Source: a virus
Virus record (IMG/VR): IMGVR_UViG_3300024265_000039
Coordinates: 1 to 64,000 of that record
Reading direction: 5' to 3' (one strand)
Length of the DNA: 64,000 bases
Below the pieces are notes generated by a model that was not told where the DNA came from, did not search any database, and was given only the letters and a program-made list of their open reading frames with translations. Positions 56,556-64,000 of this stretch are shown here, piece by piece. The stretch's first letter is position 1. Each line of letters starts with the position of its first letter. The translations under genes and the position numbers were made by a program.

Positions 56556-59500
56556 TCAGTTTCCGCTCTCTTCTGGTTCATCGTCGAGCAGTGCCAGCAG
56601 GTCTTCGTCACCGGATTCTTTCAGGCGTTCTGCCCAGGCGACCAGCCCGTCTTCAGCCGTTTCCGGGACGGCAGTCGTTTCGGCCAGGTCTTGCCCGGCT
56701 TCATCAAATACGACATGTATGTCGCGTTTGTTCTCGACGGCTTTCAACCGTTCGCGTACCTGCAATTCAATAGCCAGGGGTAGCCGGGATACTTTGAAGG
56801 TGGCACCATCACGGGGGGCAATATCACCGGAGGGAATATCTGATTTGGCCGTCCCCCGCTTCATAGCAAATGCTCTCCATGATCTCAGTTCTTCTTTCGC
56901 GTTCGGTTGTACCGCTTCCTGTTTCCCTTGCTTCTTTTCGTGTTTGCGTTTCAAGTTTCGCAGTACCGGGTTCTCGATGAAGACCGTATGATCGTCAAAG
57001 TATCCGTCATTGATTGCCTCCATTGTGGCTTCCAGGATGTCGCCTGGGATGCCGGAGTCCATGGCTTCCTGCACTTCTTCTACCAGCACCTTCGGCAAAT
57101 TGCCGGGAATGTCTGAGGTGGCGTTCCAGTGGCGCATCTGCGCTCGTAGGAGGCGGCGGCGTGTTTCAGTTATCCGGGCGTAGGTTTCACGGGATTCCAG
57201 GGCATTGGCTGTATCGGGGTGGCCGTCTTTATCTGCGTCAGCCACTTCGATCACTCGTACCATCTGGTAATTGTCACGCCCGACTGTAATTGCATTGGGG
57301 GCAACAATCGCCTGAGTTTCCAAGTCGGGGATGGGTACTCCCCCGGAAACATAGGCCAACGTGATATGCGGCTTGTACTGCTCCGCCTGGCTGAAATATG
57401 AGGGTTTCACCTGTTCGACGCTTAAAGCCGTCCTCACGCGGCTCTGCAATGCCATCAGGGGAATATCAGGTTCTATTCGGAGCGTAATTGCCTGCAACCC
57501 TTCCGACGTTTGGAATGTCTGAACGCTATCAATCCGCAGACTTATACCTCTCCAATTCCCCGGCAGCAGATCAGCCACCCGCCCCAACGCATCATCGGAG
57601 CAATCTGGGGTATGTGCCAATGTACAGTGCCACAATTCCGGGGCGACCCAATGTACCCGCGACAACTGCTTCTCATCCACCGTACCGGCCAGCTTTGCTT
57701 TCAACTGGGCCGCGACCGTCTGGATCAACGAATCCTCGCCGATCCGTAGGGATATGTAGGCCGGTTGGGATTCCGACTCTGGGGGGCTGAATTTTTCCGG
57801 TTGCTTCTCTTCCACCTCCGTACTCTGCTCCCCTTCCTGAATGGCAGCCTGCGGTGACGATTCCAGCGCTGTCTTTTCCGGTTTTGCGGGGGGAGTAGGG
57901 GGAGGTGAACCATTAGGTGAGGGGTTTGGATTAGTAGCAGCCGTCACCGCGTCGGTACCATTCATTTTAGGAGCTTCCCCCAGCGCTTCAGTTTCGGTAC
58001 CCTCTGCCGATGTTTCCACCTTTGGCGGAGGGAGCGCAAGCGGGGAGGCTTGAGGTTGCCCACCTTGCGGCGGGGGGGCAGACGGGTCAGGGACCAATTC
58101 GTATTTGTATCCGTCCGGCTCATCACTTGGCAACTCCCCCAACAACCTACGGTATTCGTTTCGCTTGATAGCGCCTTCAGCCCAGGCTGTTCCCAGATGC
58201 TGCAACAGGTCGGGGCTGATGATCTTGTCATCACGCAAAATCCGCTCGACCGATTGGAAACGACCGTTAACCATCACGAAGTTAGCCAGAGGCTTGGTCT
58301 GCTCGATACCCAACCGCTCCTGCGTAGTTCCAAGGTCCTGAGCGCCACCCTGGAAGATTGACAATTCAGTTTCCGACCGGGATTGCCGCTCGACATCGAA
58401 TGCCCGGATATTCTTTTCGTCGATGACCAACCGTAACCCAGCTTCGTCGCCCAACCCCAGGCTGTCGTTAACAGCACTCAAGAAATGCCCCCCGACCGGC
58501 ACTACCGCATCAACATAGGCTTGCAGGATCAGATGCTTATGCCGGGCATTGTCGCTACCACTTTCAGGAGGAACGATCAAATCAGGGGCGATCTGGATGA
58601 CACTGGCTATTGCGTTCAGAGCTTCCCGGTTCAGTTCTGGAGCAGTCACCTTATCCGCCGTGACCCCCACATCCTGGACATTGAATTTACGGTCAAAGAA
58701 AGCAGCACGCGCAGTAAACTTGCCAAAGACGCCGCGCCAAAGTTGCTCGAAACGATTTTTGTGGCGTATCAAATCGACTTCAGTATAATGGGCCGGGTCT
58801 TCCTCTGATGGAGTGACCATCAACATGGGTAACGCCCCGCTCATGAAATAATGAGCGGCCCATCGCGCAATAGCTGCGTTGGTGACCGCGTTGTTAATTG
58901 CCAGGGATGCCATCGAAGTCGCCCGATTGCGATACCGGGGGTCATAATCATGCCAGTACACTACCTGTTGGGGGGAGAACATGTGGACCCCGCCACCAAT
59001 TTCTGCGTTGGGAACATAAAGATCAAATCCATGCACAACGTTGGTATAGGGGTCTTCACGCAATTCCCAATCGGAACGCAAAAGCAAGTTGAACCCAGAC
59101 ACCGCCCCATCAGTAAATTTCGAGATCGGGCGTCCGGTCGTACTGGCGAGTTTGGCCTTTAGGGTTTGGCGCTTGTATATCAGCACTTCACCGTGCAGTG
59201 CATAGGTGATATACAGTTCATATAGCATTCGGGGGGTGAATGCTCCCGCTAATCTGTTCAGCAAATGCGAATCCGGCAACTCGATCCATTGCCCTTGCTT
59301 CCGCACTTCTCCGATAATGGGAAGAGATGAGAACAGATTGGCTACACGCCGAATAGCTGAGAACAGATAGACGCTGGCGCGATACGCCCCTTCAATCTGG
59401 TCATCGCTATAATTGCCCTCCGTCGATCCCCCAGAGGTGATGAAGTCCTGGATATACTGGCTGTAAGGCGTGGATTTGTACGCCTGCTGCAAATCAGCTT

Positions 59501-59630
59501 TAACCGCAACATCATGCCTTGCGGCGGTTTGCCACGTCCTGGGGTTGGGGGCATAGCGCTGCGGGGTGAATTCAGCATGGGTCGGCGATCTGAACGGTTG
59601 CGACAAACTTTTAAATCCTGGCAGTTGCAT
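56556..59630 (-). CDS. Portal protein fused to a 2H phosphoesterase domain
   Basis: Portal: VYLFSAIRRVA, HLLNRL, LHGEVLI. Pro-rich linker, then 2H motifs LWHCTLAH and YKPHITLAY. Confidence 0.85.
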   Translation of the reverse strand: MQLPGFKSLSQPFRSPTHAEFTPQRYAPNPRTWQTAARHDVAVKADLQQAYKSTPYSQYIQDFITSGGSTEGNYSDDQIEGAYRASVYLFSAIRRVANLFSSLPIIGEVRKQGQWIELPDSHLLNRLAGAFTPRMLYELYITYALHGEVLIYKRQTLKAKLASTTGRPISKFTDGAVSGFNLLLRSDWELREDPYTNVVHGFDLYVPNAEIGGGVHMFSPQQVVYWHDYDPRYRNRATSMASLAINNAVTNAAIARWAAHYFMSGALPMLMVTPSEEDPAHYTEVDLIRHKNRFEQLWRGVFGKFTARAAFFDRKFNVQDVGVTADKVTAPELNREALNAIASVIQIAPDLIVPPESGSDNARHKHLILQAYVDAVVPVGGHFLSAVNDSLGLGDEAGLRLVIDEKNIRAFDVERQSRSETELSIFQGGAQDLGTTQERLGIEQTKPLANFVMVNGRFQSVERILRDDKIISPDLLQHLGTAWAEGAIKRNEYRRLLGELPSDEPDGYKYELVPDPSAPPPQGGQPQASPLALPPPKVETSAEGTETEALGEAPKMNGTDAVTAATNPNPSPNGSPPPTPPAKPEKTALESSPQAAIQEGEQSTEVEEKQPEKFSPPESESQPAYISLRIGEDSLIQTVAAQLKAKLAGTVDEKQLSRVHWVAPELWHCTLAHTPDCSDDALGRVADLLPGNWRGISLRIDSVQTFQTSEGLQAITLRIEPDIPLMALQSRVRTALSVEQVKPSYFSQAEQYKPHITLAYVSGGVPIPDLETQAIVAPNAITVGRDNYQMVRVIEVADADKDGHPDTANALESRETYARITETRRRLLRAQMRHWNATSDIPGNLPKVLVEEVQEAMDSGIPGDILEATMEAINDGYFDDHTVFIENPVLRNLKRKHEKKQGKQEAVQPNAKEELRSWRAFAMKRGTAKSDIPSGDIAPRDGATFKVSRLPLAIELQVRERLKAVENKRDIHVVFDEAGQDLAETTAVPETAEDGLVAWAERLKESGDEDLLALLDDEPEESGN

Positions 59631-59641
59631 ATATCACCGTC

Positions 59642-61099
59642 CTAAGTCTGACCCTCCGGGGCGACGATAGGGGCGTCCGCAGTTTTCGTTCCAGGGATCG
59701 CTGCTAAAATACCACGCATCCAAGCTGCTGCACTCTCATCATCCACTTCGTCATAGGTAGCGGCGGCCAAAGCCTTGAACGATTCGTCCGGCAGAGCCTC
59801 GCTACGACCGACCGCTTCCACCAAATCGTAAGTGGTCACCATCGCCTCTTCCAATACTGCTACCGTAGGCACGGTATCTTCACACTGGTCAGCGAATGCT
59901 TGACCGTATTGGACCAGAGCTTTGATCGGTGGGGTAGGGGTGGGAACAGGGTCAACCGCTTTACCGGCCAGGGTCGCCTGGCGTGATTCCAACATCTTGA
60001 CCACCCGCTCTTGCCGTGATCGCATACTCCATGTATAAGGGAATTTTTGCAGCGAATGAACCAGCCTAATTGCATCGCGCAAAGCATAAGCTGCATCTTG
60101 CAGTTTTCGCTTGTTGACATGACCGGCAGCCTGCCCAACCAGCTTTTTGGCTTTCCACCACGCTGGCATTTGAGGCCACTTGAGTTCTTTACGCCTGGAC
60201 ATGCCCTCCATATCACGAAGCAACCGCTTCAGAATTACCGGGCGGAACGGTTGACGACCACGTTTGATTTGATCGAACACAAAACGGAGCCGGGTTTCCA
60301 TCGCCCGTAGTTGAAGGATTTCATCGCGCTTTTTCATGGCCGTTCCGCGATGCGCCATATCCCCAGCAGTACAGGTCACCATACCGCCATTATCCAACGT
60401 GACGTGATAGATAACTCCACCGTTACGTCTACGAACAACGCCAGACACATACCCGGTCGCATTGATTGTCTTCACGTTTACCGGGGAGTCCAAGAGAAAC
60501 TTGGCCGGGGCATTATGCAAGGCCGATTTAGGATCGGCTCGATCATCATCCGAGACACCAAACCCGACACTACCGGCGTCGGAAGTGTTGATCGTTTTCA
60601 CCACCGTCCCGCCGCGCTCCATCTGGTCAGCCACAGCCTTCGCCCACACAGCACCGGGGACACCCCCGTAACACATGAACGTCGCCCACTTCTCTGACGG
60701 CGCATCAGAGTTGTTCCAACCGGGATCATCATCTGGGGCCGCCTTAGCGAAGAACTTGACCATCTTAGCAATAGCGCGAGGAGTCACCGTCCGGCGTTCA
60801 GCAATATCGCCAGCCAACGTTTTGACATGATGGCTCACCGATAGCCCTTCATTGCCCTTCAGCGCCGACAAGCCGCGCTTGGCCGCATGTGCCATTGACT
60901 GGATCGGGCGGAAATCGATGTGCCCGTACTTGGCAGAGATCGCCTGCGATTGCTTCATCGCATTATCCAATACTGACTTCTGGGCATCAGCCTCATCCTG
61001 AGAGCTACACGTATGGACTGCCTTTCCCTCCGGCCTGCCATCAGCGCCACGCTTGTGGACTGCAAACTTTTTGCTTCGCTTTACGACCATGTATGTCAT
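59642..61099 (-). CDS. Mosaic head-associated protein
   Basis: IDFRP..AAKRGL..KMVKFFA..GW..YGG..GAVWA module common in phage head proteins; capsid N-arm-like motif; basic insert. Confidence 0.65.
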   Translation of the reverse strand: MTYMVVKRSKKFAVHKRGADGRPEGKAVHTCSSQDEADAQKSVLDNAMKQSQAISAKYGHIDFRPIQSMAHAAKRGLSALKGNEGLSVSHHVKTLAGDIAERRTVTPRAIAKMVKFFAKAAPDDDPGWNNSDAPSEKWATFMCYGGVPGAVWAKAVADQMERGGTVVKTINTSDAGSVGFGVSDDDRADPKSALHNAPAKFLLDSPVNVKTINATGYVSGVVRRRNGGVIYHVTLDNGGMVTCTAGDMAHRGTAMKKRDEILQLRAMETRLRFVFDQIKRGRQPFRPVILKRLLRDMEGMSRRKELKWPQMPAWWKAKKLVGQAAGHVNKRKLQDAAYALRDAIRLVHSLQKFPYTWSMRSRQERVVKMLESRQATLAGKAVDPVPTPTPPIKALVQYGQAFADQCEDTVPTVAVLEEAMVTTYDLVEAVGRSEALPDESFKALAAATYDEVDDESAAAWMRGILAAIPGTKTADAPIVAPEGQT

Positions 61100-61119
61100 T
61101 TGGCTAGCTCCTCATTACC

Positions 61120-61914
61120 CTACTTTTTGCCCCGTAAGACCTGCTTCGCTTCAAAATCAAGTCCGGCTCCAGCAGTACGAATCCACCATAAGGCACTTTC
61201 AAATTGCTTAACCTGATCTTTTTGAGTACGCGCCGAATAAACCTTCCGTATTTCCCTGGCGCCCTCATTTAACCGATCTCTAGCATTCTCGATTGCCTGA
61301 GTCCGATAAGTGACCCAAAGAGAATTAAGCCCATTAGCCAGCTTCTTTGCCCTGGCTTCCACTTTCTTGACAATTGCTTTGTCCGGTGCTTGTCGGGGGG
61401 ATGAAATAGCCGCTAACTTGTAACATTCCCGCGCCAACAAACGTAGCTTTTTCGCCATTCGGCGCTGCTCCGGCGACACAACCTTCACACGTCGTTCATA
61501 CGCTCGGATCACGCTTCGCCGCGATAGGCGAGGGTTGCGCTGTTTGCGCTTAAAATTCAGAGCATATCGATGCGCAAGCCTTGCCTGCTGTACCGCCATA
61601 ATCATGTGGCGGCGATAATCCCTATCATTGACAGGGGTTCTTCGCGCCAAAACCCTCCGTAAGGAAACCTTCGCCTTCTTAATGCTGTCTCCCCCTCGCT
61701 CAATAGCAATCCTTAGCGATTCAGAGTCGGGGGATTTGGGGATACCTGGAAGCATACTCACCATCTCGCTCCGAAGAAAACCGAGATGGTCAAGAGCCAA
61801 CGGCGCGGCTTTATGGTTCAAGTCCGGCTGGCGCTTGAATATCTCCCTGTCCAGCGAAGCCATAGCGTCGCGTACAAGTTTTAGTTGATGATCGGTAATC
61901 TGATTTGTTGGCAT
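61120..61914 (-). CDS. Highly basic two-domain helical protein
   Basis: AAGGGGG RBS; extended -10 TGTGGTAAGAT at ~62077-62067. Confidence 0.65.
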   Translation of the reverse strand: MPTNQITDHQLKLVRDAMASLDREIFKRQPDLNHKAAPLALDHLGFLRSEMVSMLPGIPKSPDSESLRIAIERGGDSIKKAKVSLRRVLARRTPVNDRDYRRHMIMAVQQARLAHRYALNFKRKQRNPRLSRRSVIRAYERRVKVVSPEQRRMAKKLRLLARECYKLAAISSPRQAPDKAIVKKVEARAKKLANGLNSLWVTYRTQAIENARDRLNEGAREIRKVYSARTQKDQVKQFESALWWIRTAGAGLDFEAKQVLRGKK

Positions 61915-62099
61915 TTCATAGCCCCTTTTTCTGAAGAACTGGCCGGGCAATCAGTCTGTTGTTCTCTTTAACCAGATGATGGTCAATTGACCAAGTCTAC
62001 GCGAAATTGCGCTTCTGAGAGTATCGTCCAATACCAGCTTACCCTGCCCGACCAACCTTATTTATAATCTTACCACAAAACGATTATAAAAGAAAGCAT

Positions 62100-62525
62100 C
62101 AGATTGGATATTTAACGCAAGTTCTCCACCGGGCAATGCCTCCTCTAAAACAAAAACACACCGCAAGAGCCATGCCGTCCACCAGGGGAACGCCGGGAAA
62201 TGGCATTGGTTCGCGTGGTGCGTGTTTTGTCTTTTGAGTATATGCCCGGTGTGAGACCGCGTTTCTTGCCGTCTGGGGTATAGGACTTGGCCCTATCGCG
62301 CAGACGGCCATCGCCAGTAGGGGGTACGACGGTTACCATGCACAGACAAGTGAACGGCAGGTGTCGTACACCCCAACGCACCAAAATGCGCTTTCTTAGC
62401 GACGGTGCGCGGAGTATTCACACGGCGCAATGAGTTTCGTCGGGAAAGACTACACTCATTTACAAGTATGAATAATCTCCGCGCAGCATTCAAGTCGCAG
62501 TGAAGCACTACGACAGAATGATCGG
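62100..62525 (+). ncRNA. Putative large structured RNA antisense to the packaging operon
   Basis: Five consecutive long helices with G-U pairs consistent with the + strand; TATAAT at 62063-62068. Confidence 0.55.
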
Positions 62526-62539
62526 AGGTTGTGAGGGGG

Positions 62540-62991
62540 TTAGCCTTCCGATTGAGCTTCGCCGGTTGCCCAATTTTCACCCTTAATCACTTCAGTATTT
62601 CGGGGTTCGGCAGGGCATGGGGTCAAGGTGATCCCAGTGGGAACCCAGCGTGTAATTTGCCCATCCACGCTATCAACGACAAAACTCATTGATGCATAAT
62701 GTAACTGCCCTTGTTCTATCAAGCCCTGGACTCCTTTTCTGACCAGGGCATCCTCGTCAAGTTGAGTTTCTACCCACAGCCCAACTGCATCGCGTTTAAC
62801 GACGCGGGCTATACCAACGAGAACAGTTCTTGAGGACTCTGGATCGAGTCCATCCACAAAAACAGGCATTGCTTCATCTAGGATAACGATGTTCGTTTCC
62901 GGGGTGAAATATTCGCCTTGCAGATCAGTCTGGTCGGGGCCCCCCAAACAATGAAATACCCCCTAATGCATGGGCCATCCGAGTTATCCAT
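62540..62991 (-). pseudogene. Second, degenerate prohead-protease paralog with a frameshift in a G6 run
   Basis: IRGYFIVWG (from ATG 62991) continues in the -1 frame as GPDQTDLQGEYFTPET..GLWVETQL..TLTPCPAEPRN; the His motif is lost. Confidence 0.7.
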
Positions 62992-63319
62992 AGCCTTCAC
63001 CGTCAGTTTCCGGCTCGACCCCATCTGATGCTTCGGTTTCAACCGAGCCAGTTTCCTGGAATCCGGTCGCCGGGTCGGGTGTTGCTGGCCGGGTTTGTCG
63101 CTTCTTTCGGGGCGGGGGCAGGGCGTCCAGACCCAGTATTTCCGCTACAGGGGTCAGGGCGGTAACGACTGCGGACTGGGTAAGCCCGTCCAATGCGATA
63201 CCAACCACCGTCTGACCATTGGTGACGGACACGCTGGGAGGATCGTAACTGTACAACCATGCCTGATCGCCGGTCACTTTCCGAATAGCTTCATCAACTT
63301 GCTCACGACTTGCATCCAT
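62984..63319 (-). CDS. Hypothetical protein
   Basis: GAGGAG RBS; follows the terminase. Confidence 0.6.
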   Translation of the reverse strand: MDASREQVDEAIRKVTGDQAWLYSYDPPSVSVTNGQTVVGIALDGLTQSAVVTALTPVAEILGLDALPPPRKKRQTRPATPDPATGFQETGSVETEASDGVEPETDGEGYG

Positions 63320-63339
63320 GATATATCTCCTCTTATACG

Positions 63340-64000
63340 TTATACGAAAACCACTTTCCGCGCTGCTCTGGCCGCGTACAGTGTCAGCCCCAGGGCGTCA
63401 GCCTTATCCGGGCTTCGTCCCAGACTTTCCCTCAGCCCGTCTTTCCCTTCTACCTGTATCTTACCATCACTTCGGTACTCCCACGAAGGCGCACACAGAT
63501 CGCCGGAAAGTTTGTCGTCGGGGGGCAGGGCAATTGGATCATCACTGTCCGGGTCTAATGCCTCTCGCATCATCCACCAGATTGCACTTCGCAGGTTCAT
63601 AAACTCTTCCCGGTTCCGCCCTCGCATCTTGCTCCGCCTGGATACATTTACCCCCATAACGGCATACTCAAGTTCGGCCAGCCGGGAATAGACCCCGGCC
63701 CCCACGCCAATAGCATCAACAGCGATAGGGGTGTCCTTATCGACAAGCGCAGCGACGCGCCCGGCAGTTTCCATGATCTCCTGCTTGTCATACGATTTGA
63801 TCCAATAGACGACCCGCCCAACCATCTTGCAAATCGCCGTCTTGTCGGCACCCTTATAGGCCGGGTCAACACCATAGGCCGTGCGCGGAGGTTCTGGCTC
63901 TTCGCCTTCCTCCAATTCCGGGGGGATATATTTACCCTCACATTCACGCCACCGGTCATTTGCCTTTTCAACCCAGTGCAACGGGATCACCTTATCCTCG
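63340..64000 (-). CDS. terL: Terminase large subunit, C-terminal nuclease domain (5'-truncated)
   Basis: YGVDPAYKGADKT, VDAIGVGAGV, NLRSAIWW, LGRSPDKADAL. Confidence 0.92.
   Translation of the reverse strand, partial: EDKVIPLHWVEKANDRWRECEGKYIPPELEEGEEPEPPRTAYGVDPAYKGADKTAICKMVGRVVYWIKSYDKQEIMETAGRVAALVDKDTPIAVDAIGVGAGVYSRLAELEYAVMGVNVSRRSKMRGRNREEFMNLRSAIWWMMREALDPDSDDPIALPPDDKLSGDLCAPSWEYRSDGKIQVEGKDGLRESLGRSPDKADALGLTLYAARAARKVVFV

Overview
The window is most of a tailed dsDNA phage or prophage genome (siphovirus-like, HK97-fold capsid). A Chloroflexota host is weakly suggested by one motif in a moron gene. Left part (1-19.5 kb): the 3' part of a replication initiator with iterons, PolX, a primase-helicase, PAPS-reductase-like and ASCH proteins, a tyrosine recombinase, a degenerate ABC/AAA ATPase, an XRE regulator and many small genes. 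Right part (19.5-64 kb, mostly minus strand): terminase, portal fused to a 2H phosphoesterase, MuF-like protein, protease-scaffold-capsid fusion, head-tail genes, tail tube, tail chaperones, tape measure and tail tip/fibre genes. Two blocks of non-structural genes interrupt this module (36.2-43.2 kb and 52.3-55.3 kb). Best leads: (1) a conserved 245-aa gene followed directly by a ~410-nt RNA with two circularly permuted tRNA-like domains and a free Leu(UAA) anticodon stem-loop mimic; (2) candidate -1 frameshifts in two non-structural genes that add otherwise unreachable domains; (3) two more large structured intergenic RNAs (10.8 kb and 62.1 kb) and a repeated RNA element that abuts start codons; (4) variable basic proteins in the head module, plus a copy of the capsid N-arm motif in another head protein; (5) several pseudo-enzymes. 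Several homopolymer frameshifts point to assembly errors or prophage decay, so all recoding claims need read-level checks. All family calls are from motif recognition by eye; no database searches were run.
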